Shown piece by piece: positions 1 to 11,600 of a stretch of DNA of 64,000 nt. The stretch covers positions 84,154 through 148,153 of the forward strand of contig CBDUPA010000019.1 in assembly GCA_965368975.1 (NCBI GenBank), in the 5' to 3' direction. Made by a program: the position numbers and the translations under genes. Source of the DNA: an uncultured bacterium. Lineage in GTDB: Bacteria > Acidobacteriota > Thermoanaerobaculia > Multivoradales > JAHZIX01. Positions within the stretch are counted from its first letter, which is position 1. Every line of letters starts with the position of its first letter. The notes under the pieces were generated by a model. The model did no database searches. It was not told the origin of the DNA and saw only the letters and a program-made list of their open reading frames with translations.

Positions 1-2600
1 AGGCGGACTCCGGCCAGGGGGTGTCCCAAGCGCAGGTTGCCCTGGCTTGCCGGAGCGGCGCCAGCGGAACGGCGCAGCACGTCCAGGTTGCGCGCCTCGA
101 TGGCGGTCGCGGTGACGGTGGTTTCGGTCGGGCCATAGGACGACAAGAAGTCCATCGGCCAGGGTGCCAGCCCGGCCCAGGTGCGCAGGTGCGCGTGTGG
201 CACGCTCTCGCCACCGGTCAGGCACAGGCGCAGACGGCGCGGCAGCGGCAGGCCGTGGGCCGCCGTGTCGTCGACCCAGGCGCGCCACAGCGCAGCCGGC
301 AGGTCGAGCACCGTCAAGCCATGGCGCGCGGCGTAGCCGAGCAGAGCCCGCCCGACCAGCAGGCGCGGCTGGCGCGGGATCAGCAACCCGGCACCGGCGC
401 CGAGCGCCGGGAAGGTCTGCAGAACCGAGGCGTCGAAGCTGAGCGGCGCGAAGAGCATCAGGCGGTCCGCGGGAGTGAGCGCGAGCTGCCGGCGGAAGGT
501 GGCGGCGAAGCCACCGGCGGAGGCCTGGCTGATCACGACGCCCTTGGCGGCACCCGTGGTGCCGGAGGTGTAGATCACGTAGGCGGCCGCCTGCGGATGG
601 ACCAGGCCCTGCTCCACCGCGACCGCCGCCGCATCCACCTCGTCGGCATCGTCCTGAGGAGCGTCGTCCGACGTGGCATCCTCCAAGCGTGCCACCGTGG
701 CGACACCCAACTCGGCCGCGAGAGCGGCATGCTCGGCGTCGGTCAAGACCACGGCGAAGGCGGCGTCGGCGGCGAGCTGCTGCAAGCGCGACGGCGGAGC
801 TTGGGGATCCACCGGCACGTACGCGGCGCCCGCCATGAGCACGCCGAGAATGCCGGTGAGGGCCCGCGGCGTGCGCTCGGCGAGCAGGCCGACGCGATCG
901 TCCAGGCCGACCCCGGCCGCGCGCAGTCTGCCGGCGACGGCACGCGCGCCACAGACGAGCGCGGCGAAGCTGAGGTGGTGACGACCGGCGAGCAGGGCCA
1001 CGGCGTCCGGACGCTGCGTCGCCTGCGCCACGACCGGCCCGTGTAGGCTGGGGCCGTGTAGGCTGGGGTCGGGCGAGTGAGGTACCGGGAGACCCTGGTA
1101 TTCGAACAACAGTGCCTGGCGCTCGGTCGGCGGCAAGGCAGGCAGTGCCCCGAGTCGTGTCTCGCTGTCGACCGCCGCCGGCAACACCGTCCCGAGCAGC
1201 CAGTGCAGCTGGTGCAGCAGGGCACCGACCGCGACCGGCTCGAAGGCCTGCCACTGCGCGTCCAACTTCAGGTGCAAGCCCGCCGCCGCGCCGTCGGCAC
1301 CCGCCGCCGGCTCGGCGATCAGGGTCAGGGGATAGTTCGTCTGCTCGCGCATGTGGGCGCGCCGGACGCGCAAGTCCTGCCCAGCCTGCTGGCTGGCGAG
1401 ACGGTCGACCGGGTAGTTTTCGAACACCAGCAAGGTGTCGAACAGCTGCTCACCGGCAGGCAGGGGGCTCCAGCGCTGGACGTCGGCGAGCGCGACGTAC
1501 TCGTGCTCGCGCACCTGCGCCTGTCGCGTCTGCTGCTGGTGCAGCCACGACGTCACACGCTGGCTCGGTGCCAGGCTCAGGCGCACCGGCAAGGTGTTGA
1601 TGAACAGCCCGACCATCTGGTCGATGCCGGACAGGTCAGCCTCGCGTCCCGACGACACGGCGCCGAAGACGATGTCCCGGTCGCCGCTGAAGCGTCCCAG
1701 CACCAGGCCCCAGGCTGCCTGCACCCAGGTGTTGAGCGTGACCCCGGCGTGGCGCGCGGCGGCGCTGACGGCCTCGGCCTGAGCGGCGCTCAGGTGCACC
1801 GAGCGCGCGAAATGGCCACCGTCTTGCTTGCCGGTCTCGGAACGGTCGTCCGTGCCCGCTTCCGCGGTGCTTGCTTCCACGGGCCGCTGTACAGCCAGCC
1901 GCGTGGGGGCACGCAAGCCGTCCAGGGTCGTGCGCCAGAACGTCTCCGCGGCGGCAGGATCACGCTCGGCCAGATCGCGCTCAGCCAACCAGGCGATGAA
2001 GTCGCGGTACGGACGAGCCGGAGCCAGGGACGTCGATGCGCCTCTCCGGCCTTCGCCCGTGGCGCGGGCACGACTTCCTGCCGCATAATGGGCAAGATCA
2101 CCCGCCAGATCCCGGATCAGCAGGGCCATGGACCAGCCATCGAGCAGCAGGTGGTGGTGACTGCACAGCAACGCCGGTCCTTCCTCAGCGCGCGAGATCC
2201 ACAGTAGGCGCAGCAAGGGCGGTCTCTGCAGGTCGAAGCCATGGCGGCGATCGGCAGCCAGCAGCTGGTCGAGTGCCCACGCGCAATCGTCGGTGCGCAG
2301 ACCGTCGAGTTCGATACGGCTCCAGGGCAGCGGCACCTGGCGGTAGACCGCCTGCAACGGCTGCGACCGATCCAGCCCCAGGATGCCGGTGCGCAACATC
2401 GGCTGCCGCGCCAGCAGTCGACGCCAGGCGGCAGCCATTGCGAGAGGAAGCGCCGCGGCGTCGAAGCTACCGTCGGTTTGCGGCTCCAGTTCGAGCAACA
2501 TCTGCCCGACGTAGGCACCGTCGGTGGGGGCCTGCAGGCTGTGAAAAATCATGCCGCGCTGCATCGGTGCCAGCGGATACAGATCCTCGATCGCTCCCCC
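1..2600 (-). other. DCL-type C domain and a partial A domain
   Basis: IEDLYPLAPMQRGMIFHSL and HHHLLLDGWS (DCL-like). A motifs YVIYTSGTTGAAKG, FDASVLQ and SSYGPTETTVT. Confidence 0.85.
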
Positions 2601-5600
2601 CGCACGCTCTTGCAGCGACAGCAGCTGCGCGGTCTCGGCGGGATTGTCCGCGAAGCCCGCCAGCGGCACGTCCTCGGGCCACAGGCGCAGAGCCTGGGCC
2701 GAGTCGCCGTACTGCACCAGCTCGGCCAGGCGCTGACGGAAGCGCTCGGCACGCGCCGGCATGCTCGCCCCGGCTTCAGCGCCGTCCGGATAGGTCCAGC
2801 GCAAGCACAGCCGGCCTTCGATCACCGCGCCGTTGATCTCGTACGCGTGCGGACGCGGCTGCCGTGGGCTGCGCAGGCTCCGCACGGGTCGATCCAGAGG
2901 CTGCCACCGTCCCGCCTCTCCGGAACCGGACTGGCCGGAACCGGCCCGGCCGCTGCCCGTCAAGCCAGCGCCACCTGCCTGGCCGAGATAGTTGAACACC
3001 AGGTGCCGGGGCGGCAGGTTGGCCAGTGCCTTGGACGCGTGCGGCGGTCCCAGGTAGCGCACGATGCCGAAGGGAATGCCCCCCTCCGGCAGGGCTCGCA
3101 GCTGCCGCCGCACGCTGCGCAGGTCCGCGGCCGCCTCCGGCGCTTCATCCAGGGGCAGCAAGACCGGGAACAACGCGGTGAACCAGCCGGCGACGTCGCT
3201 GCACTCGACACCGGGCAGATCGCGCCCGTGCCGCTCCAGGTCCAGCCAAAGAGCTGTGCTTTCGGCGCGGTCGGGCCAGGCGCGCGCCAGCACAGCGAGC
3301 AAGACCTCGTCGACCTTCATGCGCAGACGGCTGCTTACCGGACCGAGCAGACGCGTGGTCAGCTCGCGGTCGAACTCGACGTCGAGACTGGCGGTGCGCT
3401 GTGGCTCGGCGGCTTCGACCGCCGTGGGCAGAATCGTCGACGGACGTGACCCCAACCACGGCTCCAGCCAGCACAGCGCGCCGTCCAGGGTGCGGGAATC
3501 GTGCGCCAGACGGACCTGGGCCTGCGCCCAGTCGCGGAAGCTCGCCGACGACCGTGCCGCAGCCCCGAACTCGCTGCCTGCCGCGGAGGCCAGAGCCGCG
3601 TAGCCCGCAGCCACATCGGAGAGCAGCAGACGCCAGGTCACGCCATCGACCACCAGGTGGTGGGCACACCACAGCAGCTCGGCCGGCGCGGTGCCGTAGG
3701 TGAGCAAGAGCACGCGCAGCAGCGGCCCGCGCGCGAGGTCGAAGCGACCCTGAAGGGCCTCGCCCAGGCGCCGGGCTTCCGACTCACGCGCGGCCGGCGC
3801 CAGGCGTTCGAGATCGACATGCACCAGGCTGTCGAGCTGGCGCGCTTCAGCTCGCGACGCGTAGCGCTGCTGCCAGGTGCCACCGTCCTTGCCCGGACGC
3901 TGATCGAAGCGCAGACGCAGCGCGTCGTGACGTTCGGGCAGCTGCCGCAAGACCCGTCGCAGCAACGCCGGATCGAGCGGCGGATCGCCAGCGTCGCGCA
4001 GCCACCACGCCTGGTTGAAGTGGTGCGGGTCGCGCACGCCGGGACGCAGGAACCAGTGCTGGATCGGCGTCAGCGGAACCGGCCCCTCGAGCAGCCTGTC
4101 GGAACTGGGAGTGGTGGCGAAAGCTGGACCGGACTCGGCGACAGCGACTCCCCCGCTACCCTGCTCCACGCCACTCTGCTGCAGGAGGGCCGCCAGCGCT
4201 CCCAGCGTCGGGTGCTCGAAGAGTTGACGCGGCGTCAGCGTGAGGCCGGCCTTGCGCGCCTGCGACACGACCTGGATGCTGAGGATCGAGTCGCCACCCA
4301 GCTCGAAGAAATGGGCATCGGCTCCCGGCAGGGTCTCCAGCCCCAGAACCTGCTGCCACACTTCGGCCAGGCGAGCCCCCGTCGAGCCGAGCGTCGCAGA
4401 GGCCTCGGCCGTTCGCTCGAGGGCCGTGTCCTGCGCAGCTCCGTCCATGGCCGTGCCTTCCATGGCCGTGCCTTCCATAGGGAGTGACCGCCGCGCCAGT
4501 TGGCTGCGGTCCACCTTGCCGTTGGGCAGCTGCGGCAAGGTCTCCAGCATCTCGATGCGCGACGGCACCATGTAGACCGGTAGACGGGTCCCGAGATGTG
4601 CCAGCAGGCGTCGACGCAGGCCATCCTCGTCCGGACTGTTCGCGACGCTGTCGCCTCGCTCCGCGGCCGGCTCGACGTAGGCGACCAAGCGCGTGCCCGC
4701 GTGCACCACGGTCACCGCGCGGCGCACCTCCGGGTGGCCGGCCAGCAGCGACTCGATCTCGCCCAGCTCGATGCGGAACCCGCGCAGCTTCACCTGGTGG
4801 TCGAGACGGCCCAGGTAGTCGAGTCGACCGTCGGCCAGGCGCCGCACCAGATCGCCAGTGCGGTACATCCGCGAACCGCCTATTCTCAGCGCGGCACCAT
4901 CACGGTCCGATTCGTGCCTGCACGGGCGTCCAGCGGCCAGCCCGGTGGCCAGCCCAGCGGCGAGTGCCGTAGCAAGTACTGGCACCGCGGGCAGGAAACG
5001 CTCAGCGGTCAGTGCCGGCCGCCCCAGGTAGCCGCGAGCGAGTCCGCCACCACTGAGATGCAGATCTCCCGCGACGCCGACCGGCTGCACGCGCGCATGG
5101 CGATCGAGAACGGCGGCGGTGGTCCCGGGCAGCGGCAGACCGAGTGTCACGCGCACGCCGTCTGGCGTGGACTTCAGCCGCGTGCCGGTCGAATAGGTCG
5201 TGTCTTCGGACGGGCCGTAGAGGTTGCGCAGCTCGACCCGCGGACGCAGCTGCAGCAGCTGCCCCGCAAGCGTCGGCGGCAACGGCTCTCCCGCCAGGTT
5301 GACCGCAGCCAGCGCCGGCGGCAGTGCGGCTTCTCCGTCTTGCTCCAGCGCCACCAGGGCGGTGAGTGCCGAGGGCACCGTGTTGACCAGCGAGACGCGC
5401 GCGGCGGCACGCAGGTGCGGCAGCTGCAAGGCGTTGGCCGCGAGCACGACGCTGCCGCCGTGGACCAGCGGCGTGAAGAGTTCGAACACCGACAGGTCGA
5501 AGCACACCGACGTCGCCGCCAGGGTGCCCGCGAGCTGCGCCGCCGTGAAGGTCTGCCCGGCCCAGCGCATGCGCGCCACGGCCCGCCTGTGCTCGATCGC

Positions 5601-8600
5601 CACTCCCTTGGGCTTGCCGGTCGAGCCCGAGGTATAGATGACGTACGCTAGGCGCTCCGGACGGCTGTGATCCGGGAAGTTGTCCAGAGAATCGGCCAGG
5701 CTCGCCCCGGTCCGCTGCTCCTCCTCTGCGAGCGACACCTCTGCGAGCGACACCTCCACCAGCAACGCCGGATCCACCACCTCCACACCCGACGAACTCT
5801 CGCCACCGTCGCTGATCAGCAGCAGCGCGGCACCGGAGTCCTGCAGCATGAAGACGGTGCGCTCGGCCGGATAGGCCGGATCGAGGGGGACATAGGCCGC
5901 CCCGGCGCGCAGCACGCCGAGCAGGCTCTCGACCAGCAGCGGTGTTCGCGGCAAGGCGACGCCGACGCGGGGCTCCGCCTCGGAACCCGTCAAGGCCTCC
6001 GCTGGCGCGATTCGGTCTGCGACCCCGGTAGCAATGCGGCCGGCACGGCGCCACAACTCGCGGTAGCTCACGTGCCGGGAACCGGCGACCAGGGCCACGG
6101 CCTCCGGCACGCGTCCAGCACTGGCGGCGACCAGCGAGGCGAGAGTCTCGCTAGCAAGAATGTCGCCGGTAGCCTTCCGCAGCGAGGCGGGGCCGTGCCA
6201 CTCCTGGGCGAGCTGATGGCACTCGGCCGGGCTGAGCAGCTCGAGCCGTCGCAGGCGTTGTTGCGGCTCGGCCGCGAAGCCGGCAAGCAGCTGTCGATAG
6301 TGACCGAGCAGGCGCCGGATCGTCGTCGCGTCGACAAGGGCCGGCCGGTACTCGGCATCGAGACGCAGCGTACGAACACCGGCACCGTCCCGCAGCGGCG
6401 TGACGCTCAGACTGAGGTCGTACTTGGCGCCTCCAGCCGCGACCGACAGCGGTCTCACTTCGACGCCCGGCAAGCCCACCGGAGCCGCCGACGGTGCCTC
6501 GGTGTTCTGCAGCACCAGCAGGGTTTGGATCAGGGGCTCGCGGTCGAGTCGACGTTCCGGCTGCAACGCCGCCACCAGCTGACTGAAGGGCAGATCCTGG
6601 TGGGCGTAGGCTTCGAGCGTCACGGCGCGCACGCGCTCTAGCACCTCGGCGACCGTCGGTCCGCCGGACGTCGTCGAGCCACCGAGATCGAGGCGCAGAG
6701 GCAAGGTGTTGACGAACACACCGAGCAGCGGTTCCAGCTGCTGCTGCGTGCGTCCCGCCACCGGCGTGCCGACGGCCAGGTCGGTCGCGGGATCGCCAGC
6801 GCCGCCGTGGCGGCTGAGCAGTTCGCCGAAGGCAGCCAGCAGCACCATGAAGACCGTCAAGCCAGAACCAGTCAAGCCCGACGAGCGTGTCAGCTCTTCG
6901 ATGGCAGCGGTCTCGGCCGGCGTCAGCGTCTCCAACAAGCGAGCACCACGCGCCGCCTCAGCCGTGTCGACCGTCGACCGTGGACGATCGACCGGCAGTT
7001 CGACCGGCGGCGGCGGCGGATCCAGCCGGCGGCGCCAGACGCGCAACAAGTCTTGCAGCCGTTCGCCCTGGAGCTGGCGGCGCTGAGCGACGGCGAAGTC
7101 GGCGTACTGCAGAGGCAGGGGTGGGATGGAGGCCGCTTCGTCGCCATAGAAGGCACCGACCTCAAGCCACAGGCGATGCCACGACCAGCCGTCGGCGACG
7201 GTGTGGTGCAGCTCGATCAACAAGCGGTGCTTCGGCTCAGAGAGGTGCTTTGTGGCGGAGTCAGGAGCCGAGGGCAAGCGCAGCAACACAGTGCGCAGCA
7301 AGGGACCGCGCGAGAGATCGAAGCGACGCCCGGCCGCGCGGGCCAGCAGCTGGTCCGCGAGTGTGCCCACTGCGATAGCCGCCACTTCGGAACTGCTCCC
7401 CGCCAGCGCCCCTAGGTCGACGACAGGCAGCGCGGTACTCGCGCGCACGATCGGCGACGAGGCGGGCAGGATCTCCTGGTAGGGACGCCCGTCCAGTTCG
7501 GGCAAGCGCGTGCGCAGCACTTCGTGCCGCTCGACGACCCGCCGCAACGCCGCGCGCAAGCGCGCCACGTCCAGACGGCCGCGCAGCTCCAGGGCCGCCG
7601 GCAAGTTGTACGCGGTGCCACTGTCTTCCAGGCGCTCCAGGAACCACAGGCGCTCCTGGGCAAAGCTCAGGGGCGGATGCTGGGGTCGCGGCGGTAGCAG
7701 GTCCAGATCGAGGTCGACCGCATCGAGAGGGATGACTCGATCGGCCTCGGCTGCGGCCGACAAGCCAGGGTCCCGCGCCTCGAGCAAGCCCGCCAGGGCG
7801 TGGGGCGTCGACGCCGTGAACAGCTCAGGCAACGACAGCTCGGCCCCGATTTCGTCGCGCAGCAGCGACAGGAAGCGGGTGGCGAGCAGGGAGTCGCCGC
7901 CCAGCTCGAAGAAGTCATCCTGCGCACCGACCTCGGGCACGCCCAGCAAACGGCCGAGCAGCGCGGCGATGCGGCCGGCGACAGTATCGTCGATGTCCGA
8001 GGGCGCAACGGCCGACGAAGCGACCTCCACCTCCGCGTCGACTCGCAGGGGCATTGAAGGGGCCGAATGGGGCTGGGCGGGGCCCGTCTCGCCAGCCCAC
8101 AGCGGTGCTATGCCGTCCAGCTCGACCCAATGACGCTGCCGCTGGAAGGCGGTTCCCGGCAGGTGCCGGCGCCGCGGTGTCTGGGTCGCCGAGCCGTCGA
8201 AACGCTGCCAATCGACATCGGCGCCCGCCAACCACAGACGTCCCAGCGCCTCCAGTGCACGGGCTCGATCGTCCTCCTGGGCCTCGGCAGCATCGCTTTG
8301 CCGGCGCATCGACGCAATGGCGGTCACCGGCTTTCGGCTCGGGACATCACTCTTGGGTTGCAGGCCATCCTGTCGCAGCGTCTGGCGCGCCAGGCTGCCG
8401 AGGGTGCGGCCCGGTCCGACTTCCAGTAGCACCAGGTCCTCGAGTTGACTCAGGCACTCGACGCCGTCGGCGAAGCGTACGGACCGGCGCAGGTGACGGG
8501 CCCAGTAGTCCGGATCCTGGGTCTGCTCGGCGGTCACCCAGTCGCCGGTCAGGTTGGAGATGTACGGCAGGGTGGGTGGACGCAGCTCGACGCGGCCGAC

Positions 8601-11600
8601 CGCTTCGGCGAAGGCAGCGCAAATCGGCTCCATCATCGCCGAGTGGAAGGCGTGGTCGGTCGGCAGGCGGCGGCAGCTGATGCCGTCCGCTTCGAGCCGC
8701 GCCTGCATCGCTTCGACCGCCGCGACCGGCCCGGTCAGCACGCACACGGACGGTGCATTCACGGCCGCGACTTCGACCCGCTCGCCTGGGTTACCAGCTT
8801 CGTCCTGGGACGCTTGCAGGTAGCGCGCTTCGATGTCGCTGCCGGCAGCCGCCACGCTGACCATGGCACCACCGTCCAGCGGCTCCATCAATTCTCCACG
8901 CAGCGCCATCAGGTCGAGCGCGTCGCGCAAGCTCAGCACGCCGGCCAGCGTCGCAGCCGCGTACTCGCCGACGCTATGGCCGAGCAGCGCTACCGGTTCG
9001 ATCCCCCAGTGCTGCCACAGTCGCGCCAGTGCCACCTCGACCAGCAGCAACGCTGGCTGCGCCCAGCGCGTGCGCCGCAGCTGTGCCGCGGCCTCGCTGT
9101 CGTCGGCGGGCGCGTGCAGCAGGGTGCGCAGATCAAGCCCCAGGCGCGAGCGCAGGTGCTCGGCTCCCTCGTCGATCCAGCGCCGGTACTCGGGCTCGGT
9201 CTCGTACAGGGCCGCGCCCATGCTGGGGAACTGGCTCCCCTGCCCCGGCAGCAGGAAGGCGACGCGCGGCCGGGCACTGCCGGCGGTGATCGCGCGCAGG
9301 TGTGCAGGCACGTCGCGGCTGCGCAGCGCGCGCATGGCTCCGGCCACATCGCGGCACACCACCAGGCGACGTGTCGGCCAGCGTGGACGGCCGCTGCGCA
9401 GCGTATGCGCCACATCCGCCAGATCGGGGGCGGCCAGATCGGGGGCGATGCGCTCGGAGACGACCTGCTCGTCCAGCCAGGTCGCCAAGTCCTCGCAAGT
9501 GGTGTGCAGGGCCGCCGGTGTGTGCGCCGATAACAGCAGCAGGTGCCAGGCGTCCCCGGCGGCGCTCTCGGCGGGTGGCTTCGGCTCGTCGGCGACAGCT
9601 CCGGCGATCGCGGAAGGTGCCTGCTGCAGCACGACGTGCGCGTTGGTGCCGCCGAGCCCGAAGGCACTGACACCCGCACGGCGCGGCAGCTCGGAGGACG
9701 GCCAGGACTCGGCCTGGCCGCTGACGTAGAAAGGCCCCTCCTCGAAGGGAGCCGCCGGATTGGCCGTCTCGAAGCCGGCGGTCGGCGGTACGACGCCATG
9801 ACGCAGCGCCAGCACCGTCTTGATCAGGCCAGCGATCCCCGCCGCCGCGCCCAGGTGACCGATGCTCGCCTTGACGGCACCCAGGGGTCGCCGGTCGTCG
9901 ACCTCGGCGAACGCCCGGTTGAGCGCCGACACTTCGATCGGATCGCCCAGCTGCGTGCCCGTGCCGTGCGCCTCGACATAGCCGATCGTGGCCGCCTCGA
10001 CCGCAGCGTCGGCGTGCGCGGCCGCGATCACGCGGGCTTGGGCCTCGATGCTCGGGGCGGTGAAGCCGGCTTTGTGCTTGCCGTCGTTGTTGACCGCCGA
10101 GCCCAGCACGAGGGCATGAATCGGGTCCCCCGAGGCCAAGGCATCATCGAGCCGACGCAAGGCCACCAAGCCAGCACCACTACCCCAGACGGTGCCGTCG
10201 GCCGCCGCATCGAAGGCTCGGCAGCGACCACTCAGCGCATCGATGCCGCCTTCTTCGTACAGATAGCCCGTGACCTGCGGCACCTTGATCGACACACCAC
10301 CGGCCAGGGCCAGGTCGCAGTCACCCGCGCGCAGTGCACGGCACGCCAGGTGCACCGCCACCAGGGCGGTGGAACACGCCGTCTGGACGCTGACGGCGGG
10401 GCCGCTGAGCCCCAGGCGGTAAGCCAGCTGGGTGACGAAGTAATCACGGTCCGCGCCCATCGCCAGCTGGTAGGCGCCCACCTCGCGCAGCAGGTTGGGA
10501 TCGCGTTGCAGGTAGTGCAAGAAGTAGGTGGAGAGCGTGCCACCGGCGAAAACGCCGATCGAGCCGGCAAAGCGTTCGGGATCGACCGCAGCATCGTCGA
10601 GAGCGAGACGCGCGGTCTCGAGCAACAACCGCACCTGCGGATCGAGCAGCTGAGCCTGACGCGGCGTCAGCCCGAAGTGCTCGGCGTCGAAGTCCTCGAC
10701 ACCGTCGAGCACGCCCCGACCGCGCACCAACTTCGGATGCGTCACCAGCTCGGCAGGCAGGCCCGCCGCCAGCAACTCTTCGTCGGTGAAGCGGCGCACC
10801 GCCTCGCGACCGTCGAGCAGCTGCCGCCAGAAGGCGTCGACATCGGGCGCACCCGGGAACCGGCCCGCCATGCCGACGATGGCGATCGGTACGGCACTCT
10901 CGCCAACACCGGCACTGGCACTGGCACTGGCACCGGCCGGCCGAGACGCTTGCAGCACCTGGGCTCGGACCGCCGGCTCCGACGTCTCCAGCAGGCGTGC
11001 CAGGTAGCGAGCCTGCCCGCGCACCGTCGGATGCGCGAACAGCTCGACCAGCGGCAGCTCACGGCCCGCCAGCTGCTGCAAGCGCGCGTGCAGACGCACC
11101 AGCAGCAGCGAGTGACCGCCGAGGTCGAAGAAACTGGCTTCCGGGTCGACCGCTGGCACTTCGAGCAACTCGGCCCACAACGCCTCGATGTCGCGCTCCA
11201 GCCGTTCTTCCGGCGTCGAGCCGGGCAGCAGCGGCGCGGCGGCCAGTTCGGCTCCAGAAACGGCTCCAGGCACTACCTGTGCCGACGAAGCCAGTACCGA
11301 CGAAGCCAGTACCGACGAAGCCAGTGCCGACGAAGCCAGCGCCGGCAGACGCTGGGCCAGGGCGCGGCGATCGACCTTGGCGTTGGCGGTCAGCGGTAGT
11401 CGATCGAGGACCTCGAAGGCCGCGGGCACCATGTAGGCCGGCAGACGCTGCAGCAACGCGGCGCGTACCGCTCCGGGGTCGATCCCGCCCGTGGCAACGG
11501 CCCCCGCCGATCCCGCCTGGGGCACAAGGAACGCGACCAGGCGACTGGCCACTCCCAGCTGCGGTCCCCTCAGCCCAGTACTACTGCTCGGGCCCTGCGC

